Part shown: positions 11,169-20,269 of the stretch, one piece after another
How positions within the stretch are numbered: the stretch's first letter is position 1
How the letters are laid out: every line of letters begins with the position of its first letter
DNA from: an uncultured delta proteobacterium
Lineage (GTDB): Bacteria > Desulfobacterota > Desulfobacteria > Desulfobacterales > Desulfosarcinaceae
Length of the DNA stretch: 64,000 nucleotides
NCBI GenBank assembly: GCA_963697405.1
Contig: CAVONY010000029.1
Coordinates: 42,847-106,846 of the forward strand
Reading direction: 5' to 3'
The notes under the pieces: generated by a model
Databases searched by the model: none
The model's input: only the letters and a program-made list of their open reading frames with translations
Told to the model about the DNA's origin: nothing
Program-made: the position numbers and the translations under genes

Positions 11169-11501
11169 TCAACGTGGGTAGTTACCGTGTGCATAAAGGT
11201 AATCATAACAGTATTCCTGGTACTCGAGGTCTCGCGTGGCACCCGCCTCCTGATCAGAATCGACGGTTTTCTCCAGACGCGCCAGCCATCGAGTTTTCGC
11301 AAAATGGTAAAGGACATCCCGGATCAGCTCAGGATTGTCGCTGACCTCCGGATTGTTTTTGACAAAGAGGATCACCGAATCGATAACCGCCTTGACATTG
11401 CGGATATATTCACTGTCGTCCATGCGATACTCTGTGGAAACATCCAAAAACTTTCCCAGCAAAGCCTTGGCCATGCCTTCTACGGCATCGATACAATTCA
11501 T
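11169..11501 (-). CDS. Hypothetical protein
   Basis: The ORF-track start at 11546 is a TTG. The first ATG (MNCIDAVEG) is at 11501. No recognisable domain. Confidence 0.4.
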   Translation of the reverse strand: MNCIDAVEGMAKALLGKFLDVSTEYRMDDSEYIRNVKAVIDSVILFVKNNPEVSDNPELIRDVLYHFAKTRWLARLEKTVDSDQEAGATRDLEYQEYCYDYLYAHGNYPR

Positions 11502-11735
11502 CGGTTCTCGATTCTGTGCCTCGCGACACACATCAGGGTATCTCAAGATTTATAGCAAGCGCCGAAATACCGCTTTGTTCAATAATATCATACAGCTATT
11601 AAAAATATACGCAAGACCGGAGGATGTCAAGTTCATAAAATACCATAAACATTTAATCCGGAATCAGCGGACGGGCAATAGAGAACCCAAAAACGCTAAC
11701 CACGTTCGGGATCCCACCTCAACGGAAAGAGGCAG

Positions 11736-13589
11736 CTAACGATTGGCCAATACCGTGTCGATCTCGTCTAAAAAGCGGCTGCGGGGATTGAACTGGCCTT
11801 TGCGAAAATTGGCGGAAGTAATAAAGAGACAGCGCTCTGCCCGGGTCACCGCCACATACATGAGCCGACGCTCCTCCTCCAGGTCATCGGCACTGTCCAT
11901 CGATCGCCAGTGGGGGAACAACTGCTCTTCGCACCCGATCACGAAAACCGTGTGAAACTCCAGGCCCTTGGCCCCGTGCACAGTGGAAAGGTTGACACCG
12001 TTGGATTCCTCCTCATCATCTTTGTCCTCTCGGACCAGTGCGGCTTCTTCCAGGTAGTCAACGATGGTCGCCTTCTGGGAGGCAGCGTGGATCAATTGAT
12101 CGATGTTTTCCTGACGGGCGGTGAAGTCCATGGAATTGGATCGGGTGTAGTTTTCCAGATGGTCCATGTAACCGGTGCGGGCAATCGCCTGACGTATGGC
12201 TTCATCAGGCCGCAGGTCCCGAATCTCGTCCAGAAGTGCCAGTAGATCGTTAAGGGAATGGTAAAGTTTGGGGGTGAGCACGCGTTCGGAAACCGCCACC
12301 CGGGCGGCCTCCTTCAGACTCATGGGTCCCCTGCGCATCTGGGATATCTTTTTTACGGTCCCCGGCCCGATGCCCCGTTTGGGCGTGTTGAGGACCCGTT
12401 CGAAAGCAGTGTCATCCTTGTCGAACACCGCGGCAGTGATGTAACAATTCAGGTCAAGGATCTCCACCCGGTCAAAAAAGCCCTTGCCGCCCATCATGTG
12501 ATAGGGGAGGTGCGCCCGGCGGAAGGCCTGTTCGAAGGGCAGGGAGCAGAACTTGGTGCGGTAGAGTACCGCCATCTTTTCATAGGGAATGCCCATTCTG
12601 ACCATACTGCGTATCTTGTCCGCCACCCAGCGGGCCTCCTCCTGGTCGGTATAGAACTCATGGGTCTCGACCACGCCGCCTTCCTTGTCCGAGAAACAGG
12701 CCTTTTCCATACGGTTTTCATTATGGCCGATAACCCGGTTGCCCAGTTGCACGATTTCATCGGCCGAGCGGTAATTCTGCTCCAACCTGAAGATCCGTGC
12801 GCCCTTGTACTTCCTTTTAAAAGATAGGAAATGACCGACGTTGCTCATCCGGAACGAGTAAATGGACTGCCAGTCGTCACCGACGGCAAAAAGATTCCCG
12901 TCTTTGAGCAGCAGGGCGGTAATCTCCTCGTTTAGGTCGTTGGTGTCCTGGTATTCATCGCAAAGAATATATTGAAATTGGGTCTGGAATCGCTGCCGGA
13001 CGTCTGCATGGTCCCGCAGCAGGTTACGGGTCAACAGCAGGATATTATCGAAATCGACTGCATTGGCCGCTTTAAGGACCCCTTCGTAGCGCTCGTACAC
13101 ATCGGCCAGGCGGATGTTGCCCTTCCGGGGATGGTTGTCAAAATAGGCACCGGGATGTCCGCTGTTTTTGGCATTGGAAATCTGCCCGAGCACGGGCATG
13201 GCATGTTTTTTATCGTAATTCAGGGTTAACAGCACATCCTTGACGGTCTTTAGCTGGTGGTAAGACGTAAAGACCTGGAGGGGCGGATGAAAACCCAGCA
13301 GGTAGCTGTATTCCTTAAGGATCTGGAAGCAGGCGGAATGGTAGGTGCGCACCCAGGGAAAGCGCTGGACACCCATGCCGGTCATACGAATCAGGCGGCC
13401 CTTCATTTCCTCGGCCGCCTTGTTGGTGAAAGTGATGGCCAGAATCTGTTCGGGCGGCAACCCCGATTCCACCAGGTAGGCAAATTTTGCGGTCAGGGTT
13501 CGGGTCTTTCCCGATCCGGCGCCGGCCACAACCAGGGCCGGTGAGCCGGTATATTCGACAGCGACTTGCTGCTCGGGTGAAAGCTGCAT
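11736..13589 (-). CDS. UvrD/PcrA/Rep-family ATP-dependent DNA helicase
   Basis: Walker A AGAGSGKTRTL, DEYQDT motif, and the VHGAKGLEF / YVAVTRA C-terminal helicase motifs. Confidence 0.9.
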   Translation of the reverse strand: MQLSPEQQVAVEYTGSPALVVAGAGSGKTRTLTAKFAYLVESGLPPEQILAITFTNKAAEEMKGRLIRMTGMGVQRFPWVRTYHSACFQILKEYSYLLGFHPPLQVFTSYHQLKTVKDVLLTLNYDKKHAMPVLGQISNAKNSGHPGAYFDNHPRKGNIRLADVYERYEGVLKAANAVDFDNILLLTRNLLRDHADVRQRFQTQFQYILCDEYQDTNDLNEEITALLLKDGNLFAVGDDWQSIYSFRMSNVGHFLSFKRKYKGARIFRLEQNYRSADEIVQLGNRVIGHNENRMEKACFSDKEGGVVETHEFYTDQEEARWVADKIRSMVRMGIPYEKMAVLYRTKFCSLPFEQAFRRAHLPYHMMGGKGFFDRVEILDLNCYITAAVFDKDDTAFERVLNTPKRGIGPGTVKKISQMRRGPMSLKEAARVAVSERVLTPKLYHSLNDLLALLDEIRDLRPDEAIRQAIARTGYMDHLENYTRSNSMDFTARQENIDQLIHAASQKATIVDYLEEAALVREDKDDEEESNGVNLSTVHGAKGLEFHTVFVIGCEEQLFPHWRSMDSADDLEEERRLMYVAVTRAERCLFITSANFRKGQFNPRSRFLDEIDTVLANR

Positions 13590-13610
13590 GGATGATCTTC
13601 TCCATAAACG

Positions 13611-13670
13611 CTTGTTTGGATGTTGTAATTTGAAGTTTATTTGGAACGTGGTGCTTGTGATTTGATCATT
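13611..13670. repeat. G/T-rich tract with 7-nt periodicity (NNNNTTG type)
   Basis: TTGTTTG GATGTTG TAATTTG AAGTTTA TTTGGAA ... CTTGTGA TTTGATC, immediately upstream of the helicase start. Confidence 0.45.
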
Positions 13671-13769
13671 ATGTAAAGTTAAGCAGTTGCCAAAGCAATG
13701 GGTGATGCGCTAATAAGGCGCCCATCGGTGGACTTGTGCCGGTCCGGATGCCGTCGGGTGCCGGGTGTT

Positions 13770-13808
13770 AAAAAAAACGGGTTCCCGCAAGGCAGATGAG
13801 GGAACCCG
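13770..13808 (-). terminator. Rho-independent terminator downstream of tRNA-Thr
   Basis: On the minus strand CGGGTTCCC pairs with GGGAACCCG, followed by T8. Confidence 0.7.
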
Positions 13809-13818
13809 GAACTGGTTT

Positions 13819-13894
13819 TGGAGCCACCGCGCGGAGTCGAACCGCGGACCTACGCATTACGAGTGCGTTGCTCTACCAACTGAGCTACGGTGGC
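13819..13894 (-). tRNA. tRNA-Thr (anticodon CGU)
   Basis: Minus strand reads GCCACCGTAGCTCAGTTGGTAGAGCAACGCACTCGTAATGCGTAGGTCCGCGGTTCGACTCCGCGCGGTGGCTCCA. It has a cloverleaf, a GTTCGA T-loop, an encoded CCA and the anticodon loop CT-CGT-AA. Confidence 0.93.
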
Positions 13895-14020
13895 GTTTAA
13901 CTGTCACGCTGATTCGCAGGCAAGCATTTTATTTCGATTTTTTAGATGCTTATTGGGAATCAGCTGCGCCGCCAGCTGAGCTGCGCCGGCTGAAAAATAG
14001 AAGGATCACGTATAGCGTTT

Positions 14021-17000
14021 ATGAATCAAAAGCAAGAAAAAAGTACATCGGATAGGCTGATCCGTGCCATTGCCGAGCGCACCGGCCCCCTCGTGGTTGC
14101 CGGTATGGGCAGCAGCGCCGGTGCTCGCTTGGCAGCCGGCGTCAGGCAGGTGCTCAAGTCGCCCGTTTTGGTGGTGGCCGCATCAACCAAAGCCGCCGAA
14201 CAGCGGAAGGCGGAAATCGATTTCTTTTCCGGAGAAACGGGCTCCGCCGCAGTTCTCTTTCCCCCTTACAATATTTCCCCGTTCAAATTCATGTCCTACC
14301 ATAACGAAACAGCTGCCCGTCGCATCCGGGCGCTGTATGCCATGATCGAGGGTCAGCAGCCGCAAATCATGGTGACCGCAGCCACCGCCCTGCGTCAACG
14401 ACTGATTCCCAAGTCCGTGTTGGCTGACTTTGCGGAGCTGATCCTCGCCGAAGAGGAGATCGAACCGGATCGCCTGGTAGCCAAACTCGTGGCCGGCGGG
14501 TATACCCGCAGCGTGGTCGTGGAGGAGCCGGGCGATTTTTGCGTCCGCGGCGGTATCATCGACATCTTTTCGCCCCTATATGAAAACCCCCTTCGCATCG
14601 AACTGTTCGGCGACTTTGCCGAAACCATCCGTTTTTTTTCCCCTTCCAGCCAGCGCAGCCTGAAACATGTGCACGAAGCGGTCATTCTGCCGGCCAGAGA
14701 AGTAACCTTGGAGAAAGCCCGACTGGATGTAATCGTCGGCCGCTTCCGGGCACGCGGACTCGAACAGGAACTGCCGCGCACCGCCGTCCGGGACATCGTG
14801 CAGCGCATCAAGGAGCAAGGGGTGTTTCCCGGCATCGAGAATCTCACCCCGATGATTTACGACCACATGGACACGCTTTTCGACTATCTGCCGGAAGGCA
14901 CGGTCATCATCGCCGAAAATCCGGCCGAACTGGCCCAGGTCGCCGCCAAAAGCGAACAGCTTGCCCAGGTTAACTATCGCAAAGCCCGCAGCGAAATGCA
15001 CCTGTGTGTGGAGCCGACGGACCTGTTTTTAAACTGGGAAGAGATCAGTGCCGATCTAACCCGTCGACGGGCCGTCTCGCTGGCGCCGCTGGTGGTGACC
15101 GGTGCTGTCGATCGTCACACCGTATATGCCGAAACTGCAGACAACGGCGAACTGTTGCTGGCCATGGAGCAGGCCAGGAAGACCGACCATCCAGCCGCCC
15201 CGCTGGTGAAGTGGGTTGCAGCGCAACAGGATGCGGGTCACACCATGGTGGTGGCCTGTGAGACCGACCGCCAGGTCGGCCGGCTGGCTTCGATTCTGGC
15301 TCTGCATGGCGTTGAAGCGGTCACCGGCCAACCGTTTCCGCAAAAGCGCCGGCCGGGGGTGCTGTTCATCTGCCGGGGCAGCCTGAGTGCAGGATTTATA
15401 TGGCCGACAGACGGTCTTGCGGTAGCCACGGAGGCCGACGTTTTCGGCCCCCGGGCCAAGCGCCCCAGACGCAGTGCAACGACCGTGCGAACCGAACTGC
15501 TGGCCTTTTCCGACTTGAAGCAGGGGGACCTGGTGGTCCACGACGAGCACGGCATCGGTCAGTACGAAGGGCTAATTAAACTAAGCCTGGAAGGCACCGT
15601 CAATGACTTCCTGCTGGTCGGCTACCGGGATGAGGATCGCCTCTATCTGCCCGTGGATCGCATGGGTCTGATCCAGAAGTACATGGGGGTAGAGGGCATG
15701 ATGCCGGCCCTGGACAAAATGGGCGGCCGGGCCTGGGAGCGGGCCAAAGAGAGGGTGCGCCGGTCAGCGGAAAAAATCGCCGGGGAACTGCTCAAGATCT
15801 ACGCCCAGCGAAAGGTCAACGACGGGCACGGGTACGGCGCAGCCGACAGCCATTTTGCCGACTTCGAGGCAAACTTTCCCTACGAGGAAACCCCGGATCA
15901 GCTCAAGGCCATCGAAGATGTACTCGAGGACATGCACAGCACCACCCCCATGGACCGGTTGGTATGCGGAGACGTGGGTTACGGAAAGACCGAGGTGGCC
16001 CTGCGAGCCTCGTTCCTGGCCGTCAGCGAGGCCAAACAGGTGGCCATGCTGGTTCCAACCACGGTGCTGGCCGAACAGCATTACGCCACCTTTGTCCAGC
16101 GCTTTGACGCCTACCCGGTGAAGGTCGCCTGCCTGAGCCGTTTCCGGTCACGACCCGAGCAGCGCCGGATCGTGGAAGAGATAAAAAAAGGCACCGTAGA
16201 CATCGTCATCGGCACCCACCGGCTGCTTCAAAAGGATGTCACTTTTGCCGACCTGGGACTGTTTATCCTCGACGAGGAGCAACGATTCGGCGTTCGGCAC
16301 AAGGAAAAGCTCAAACGGCTGAGAACCACCGTAGACGTGCTGGCCCTCACCGCCACACCCATCCCCAGGACACTGCATCTCTCCATGATGGGCATCCGGG
16401 ACATCAGTGTGATCTCTACACCGCCGGAGCAACGCCATGCCATCATCACTTACGTGTGCGAGTTTGACGACACCGTGGTCAGCGAGGCCATCCGCAGTGA
16501 ACTGACCCGGGGCGGACAGATCTTTTTCGTACACAACAACGTCAAGGCCATCGACCGGATGGCCGCCTATCTGCAGGAAAGGGTACCCGAGGTCCGCCTG
16601 GCCGTTGCCCATGGGCAGATGGCCGAAGAGGATCTGGAGTCGGTAATGATGCGCTTCATGAACCGAGAGATCGACATGCTCGTGTGCACCACCATCATCG
16701 AGTCTGGCATCGATGTGGCCACGGCCAACACCATCCTGGTCAACCGGGCAGACCGGTTCGGTCTGGCCCAGATCTACCAGCTGCGGGGCCGGGTGGGCCG
16801 GTCCGACGAGCAGGCGTATGCCTACCTCTTCATTCCCGAAGAAACCCGGCTGGGAAAAGATGCCCAAAAACGTCTCAAAGTACTCATGGAACACAGCGAT
16901 CTGGGATCCGGTTTCCAGATTGCCATGAACGATCTGAAAATCCGGGGCGGCGGGGCGATTCTGGGCGCGTCCCAATCCGGCCACATTGCCGCCGTGGGCT

Positions 17001-17518
17001 ATGACATGTTCCTCAAGCTCATGGAAGAGGCCGTGGCCCAGATGAAAGGGGAGCCCATCACCGAAGGCCTGGAGCCGGAAATCAACCTGCCCATGTCCGC
17101 CTATGTGGCCGAGGATTATGTGGTCGATATCGACCAACGGCTGTCCATCTATCGCCGCCTGGCCAAGATGACCGATCTCAAGGAAATCGCCGCCATGAAG
17201 GCTGAACTGGCGGATCGATTCGGCCCACTTCCCGAAGAGACGGAAAATCTGCTGCTGAAGATCATGCTGCGGGTATTGTCGGTGCGTGCCGGGATCAAGC
17301 GCCTGGACCTTTACGGCCAGCAGCTGTGCCTGGCATTCAGCGAGACCCATCAACAGCGACCCTTGGGAATTGTCCAGATGATCACCAACGGTAAACAACC
17401 CTACCAATTCACCCCGGACCACCAGCTCAAAGCCACCCTGGTCAAAGGGACTGCGCGGGCCATGCTTGCTCAGGCGAAAAACATCTTGATCGAAATAGCG
17501 CAACATGTTAATTCCTGA
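14021..17518 (+). CDS. mfd: Transcription-repair coupling factor Mfd
   Basis: 1165 aa. It has a CarD-like region (VVHDEHGIGQY), DEAD-box helicase motifs (GDVGYGKTEVA, DEEQRFG) and a TRG motif region. Confidence 0.95.
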   Translation: MNQKQEKSTSDRLIRAIAERTGPLVVAGMGSSAGARLAAGVRQVLKSPVLVVAASTKAAEQRKAEIDFFSGETGSAAVLFPPYNISPFKFMSYHNETAARRIRALYAMIEGQQPQIMVTAATALRQRLIPKSVLADFAELILAEEEIEPDRLVAKLVAGGYTRSVVVEEPGDFCVRGGIIDIFSPLYENPLRIELFGDFAETIRFFSPSSQRSLKHVHEAVILPAREVTLEKARLDVIVGRFRARGLEQELPRTAVRDIVQRIKEQGVFPGIENLTPMIYDHMDTLFDYLPEGTVIIAENPAELAQVAAKSEQLAQVNYRKARSEMHLCVEPTDLFLNWEEISADLTRRRAVSLAPLVVTGAVDRHTVYAETADNGELLLAMEQARKTDHPAAPLVKWVAAQQDAGHTMVVACETDRQVGRLASILALHGVEAVTGQPFPQKRRPGVLFICRGSLSAGFIWPTDGLAVATEADVFGPRAKRPRRSATTVRTELLAFSDLKQGDLVVHDEHGIGQYEGLIKLSLEGTVNDFLLVGYRDEDRLYLPVDRMGLIQKYMGVEGMMPALDKMGGRAWERAKERVRRSAEKIAGELLKIYAQRKVNDGHGYGAADSHFADFEANFPYEETPDQLKAIEDVLEDMHSTTPMDRLVCGDVGYGKTEVALRASFLAVSEAKQVAMLVPTTVLAEQHYATFVQRFDAYPVKVACLSRFRSRPEQRRIVEEIKKGTVDIVIGTHRLLQKDVTFADLGLFILDEEQRFGVRHKEKLKRLRTTVDVLALTATPIPRTLHLSMMGIRDISVISTPPEQRHAIITYVCEFDDTVVSEAIRSELTRGGQIFFVHNNVKAIDRMAAYLQERVPEVRLAVAHGQMAEEDLESVMMRFMNREIDMLVCTTIIESGIDVATANTILVNRADRFGLAQIYQLRGRVGRSDEQAYAYLFIPEETRLGKDAQKRLKVLMEHSDLGSGFQIAMNDLKIRGGGAILGASQSGHIAAVGYDMFLKLMEEAVAQMKGEPITEGLEPEINLPMSAYVAEDYVVDIDQRLSIYRRLAKMTDLKEIAAMKAELADRFGPLPEETENLLLKIMLRVLSVRAGIKRLDLYGQQLCLAFSETHQQRPLGIVQMITNGKQPYQFTPDHQLKATLVKGTARAMLAQAKNILIEIAQHVNS

Positions 17519-17581
17519 AGGCTTATGAGAACCATATTTAGAAAATTTGCAGTGAGTTATACTCATGACGAAAAATTGGCG

Positions 17582-18319
17582 ATGCGACGCTGTCCGCCGG
17601 TCGTGAGGCATGTGTGTCGCCTCATCTGTTGCGCAGCAATGGTTGCATGGACGGGTTGTTCGGGACCGGACAATTCATCACAGCAGAATGCCGTGCTGAT
17701 CCGCACCGACCAGCAGACCGTGACCCAGGCCCAGTTCGAACGCGCCTTTGAGGCTGCCCGGATTGCCTATAGCGACGACCGATCGGTGAATCCTCAGACG
17801 ATTGAAAATGCGCGGTTGCGCCTGCTGAATCAAATGACCGAAGAGGTGATCGTCGACCGCCGGGCTCACGAACTGGGCATCGTGCTGGATGACACCGAAG
17901 TGGAAGCGGCGATCCAGGCAATAAAAAAGGATTACCCGGAAGACGAATTCGAACAGATGCTGCTGGAAAGTGCCATCCCCTATTCGTTGTGGACGGACCG
18001 GCTGCGGGTTCGCCTGCTTATGGAAAAAGTGGTGGACCGGGAACTGGTTCAACCGGTAAACATAACCGCACAGGATATTGAAGCTTACTATAAAGCCCAC
18101 GAAGAAGACTTTGCCGTCAATGATGAAGGTCCGCCGACGATCGATTTGAAGCATCACATCGTTGAACAGCTCCGGCTCGAGAAGGTGGAAGCGGCTTACC
18201 CGCAATGGATGGACGGGCTGCGGGCGCGGTACGGGGTCGAGATCAACTGGGAGCTGTGGGAGCAGTCCCAACACCCCGGCGCCGGATCCGCCGGCAAGGG
18301 AAAGGAATCGTTGCCTTGA
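17582..18319 (+). CDS. SurA N-terminal-domain chaperone-like lipoprotein
   Basis: MRRCPP...MVAWTGC lipobox, followed by a SurA_N-like helical region. Start uncertain (17525 or 17582). Confidence 0.65.
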   Translation: MRRCPPVVRHVCRLICCAAMVAWTGCSGPDNSSQQNAVLIRTDQQTVTQAQFERAFEAARIAYSDDRSVNPQTIENARLRLLNQMTEEVIVDRRAHELGIVLDDTEVEAAIQAIKKDYPEDEFEQMLLESAIPYSLWTDRLRVRLLMEKVVDRELVQPVNITAQDIEAYYKAHEEDFAVNDEGPPTIDLKHHIVEQLRLEKVEAAYPQWMDGLRARYGVEINWELWEQSQHPGAGSAGKGKESLP

Positions 18320-19302
18320 AGCGAAATTTGTCTTTGGGTATGCTGATCGGGGTGTGGGTATTGGTTTTCACAGCCACGGCCACGGCATCGGCGGCATCCG
18401 AGGTATTGGACCGGATCGTGGCTGTGGTCAATGAAGACATCATTTTGCTGTCCGAACTCGAGGAACGGTTGGAACCCTATGCCCAGCGCATCCGCCAGCA
18501 GGGATTCGACCTGGACAAGGAACGGCAGATGCTGTTCAGCGTTCGCGATGAGATGCTCAATCGCCTGGTGGATGAAAAGCTCACGGATCAGGAGATCAAA
18601 CGCTACGATATCCAGGTGGATGAAGCGGAGATCGACAACACCATCGAACGCATCAAAAGGGCCAACACGTTTACCGATGAAGAACTGCGCCTTTATCTGG
18701 AACAGGATAACATGACCATGGAGCAGTATCGGGAAACAATCAAGGAGCAGGTCCTTCGCACCCGGCTGGTCAATTATCAAGTCAAGTCCAAGATCGTCAT
18801 CACCGAAGAAGAGATCCGGGACTACTACGACAATCACCCTGAGATTTACGGCGGAACGCTTAATTACCATCTAAGAAATATCCTGATGCGGGTTCCGGAT
18901 TTTGCTAACGATACTGACAAACAGGCGGTAAGCCAACAGATGCAACAGATCCAATCACGGTTCGAAGCCGGAGAATCCTTTGCCGATTTGGCCCGTACCT
19001 ACAGCCAGGGCCCGGCCGCTGCGGACGGCGGTGACATCGGCAAGTTTGCCAAAGAGGCCCTTTCTCCAAAAATCCAGGCGGCGCTTGACGGGTTGGCCCC
19101 GGGCCAGTCAACAGCAGTACTGGACACGGATCAGGGGTATCAGCTCTTTTATGTGGAGGCGGTCGACCGGACCGAAGGGAAACCCTTGGATAGCGTAAGG
19201 GAAGAGATCCACCAAAAACTGTTTGCCGAGGTGGTGGATAAAAAATTCCTCTCATGGCTGGAGGATCTGCGCAGTCAGTCACACATCAAAATCATCAATT
19301 AG
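18316..19302 (+). CDS. SurA-like peptidyl-prolyl isomerase/chaperone
   Basis: Signal peptide LKRNLSLGMLIGVWVLVFTATATASA. SurA_N region (LDRIVAVVNEDIILLSELE) and a parvulin-like C-terminus. Start is TTG 18316 (overlapping the upstream stop) or ATG 18340. The ORF-track start at 18205 lies inside the previous gene. Confidence 0.8.
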   Translation: MKRNLSLGMLIGVWVLVFTATATASAASEVLDRIVAVVNEDIILLSELEERLEPYAQRIRQQGFDLDKERQMLFSVRDEMLNRLVDEKLTDQEIKRYDIQVDEAEIDNTIERIKRANTFTDEELRLYLEQDNMTMEQYRETIKEQVLRTRLVNYQVKSKIVITEEEIRDYYDNHPEIYGGTLNYHLRNILMRVPDFANDTDKQAVSQQMQQIQSRFEAGESFADLARTYSQGPAAADGGDIGKFAKEALSPKIQAALDGLAPGQSTAVLDTDQGYQLFYVEAVDRTEGKPLDSVREEIHQKLFAEVVDKKFLSWLEDLRSQSHIKIIN

Positions 19303-19360
19303 GATTGGAATCGAACGCATAAGATTTCAGGATCCTTGGATATAGCGGTTCTCCTATAGG

Positions 19361-19454
19361 CTTTAAGATAATTAATTTGGCAAGACTAGAGGGAGGAAGC
19401 CGTACGGTGATACTGCGACGACCGATAACGCAGTCCAAATTAATTATCTTAAGG
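19361..19454. ncRNA. Candidate structured RNA/repeat, copy 1: 54-nt conserved core closed by an 18-20 bp stem
   Basis: 19363-19380 is the perfect reverse complement of 19435-19452. Core 19381-19434 recurs at 27372-27425 (46/54 identical by hand). Strand unresolved. Confidence 0.5.
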
Positions 19455-19461
19455 CCGAAAT

Positions 19462-20184
19462 ATGGAATCGGAAACGAGTCAGGACACATTTGGCGGCTAT
19501 CTGAAAAACTTCCGGTTGAAACAGGGCCTGGCGATTCAAACGGTTGCCGAAAATACAAAAATCGCCGTCCACTGCCTCAAGGCCATTGAGGAGAATGCCC
19601 ATGAGGGGCTCCCCCCACCGGCCTATGTCAAGAGCTTCATTCGGACCTACGCCGATGCAGTAGGGGCCAATGCGGACGTCGCCGTCGAGTTCTACCTGTC
19701 GGATCTGAAACAGCAGGAACACACCAAGCAGCATCACCTGAGACGTCGAGAAAAACTGTCGGCCTTCCGTCGGGCGATGATGGCAGTGGGTCTAATCGTC
19801 GGCATTTTGTTTCTTCTGCGGTACACCGATTTTTTTATGGCTCCGACACCGCCGCAAAACACAGCGGCGCCGGAAGGCACGGTCTTGTCCGAACCGGTTG
19901 CCTCCGGAGCTGAGACAGTCGGGAACCGCCCCTCCGCTGCAGAGACGCAGGACAAGCTCAAACTCCAGATTATCGCCGTGGAGCGAACCTGGTTGAAGGT
20001 GATTGTGGACGGACAGAATGCCCGGTCGTATGATTTGAAACCCGAGGATCGTCTGGAGTTAGAAGGAACCGACAACTTCAATCTGATGATTGGCAACGCC
20101 ACTGGACTGCAAATTTTTCTGGATGAGCGACCGGTTAAGATCTTCGGAAGCAGCGGTCAGGTGGTAAGCCTGAAGATACCATAA
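19462..20184 (+). CDS. RodZ-like cytoskeleton protein (HTH plus DUF4115-like C-terminus)
   Basis: N-terminal HTH FGGYLKNFRLKQGLAIQTVAENTKI...LPPPAYVKSFIRTYA, one TM segment, and a C-terminal domain with KLKLQIIAVERTWLKVIVDG. Confidence 0.75.
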   Translation: MESETSQDTFGGYLKNFRLKQGLAIQTVAENTKIAVHCLKAIEENAHEGLPPPAYVKSFIRTYADAVGANADVAVEFYLSDLKQQEHTKQHHLRRREKLSAFRRAMMAVGLIVGILFLLRYTDFFMAPTPPQNTAAPEGTVLSEPVASGAETVGNRPSAAETQDKLKLQIIAVERTWLKVIVDGQNARSYDLKPEDRLELEGTDNFNLMIGNATGLQIFLDERPVKIFGSSGQVVSLKIP

Positions 20185-20190
20185 ATCAAA

Positions 20191-20260
20191 GTGTTAAGTG
20201 TTAGGTGTTAAGAATAACCGCACCGATCACACCGGACACTTAACACTTAAAACTTAACAC
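20191..20260. repeat. Hairpin built from heptamer repeats: (GTGTTAA-like)x3, 24-nt loop, inverted (TTAACAC-like)x3
   Basis: GTGTTAAGTGTTAGGTGTTAAG (20191-20212) pairs with CACTTAACACTTAAAACTTAACAC (20237-20260). This gives 22 positions with one mismatch and one G-U. Confidence 0.7.
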
Positions 20261-20269
20261 GTTCATAAA

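Noticed and set aside
13765-14055. 96-aa plus-strand ORF
   Set aside because: It overlaps the tRNA-Thr gene and its terminator, and it runs into the mfd start.
16148-17611. 487-aa minus-strand ORF opposite mfd
   Set aside because: It is antisense to an unambiguous Mfd reading frame. It has no motif and no RBS. Shadow ORF.
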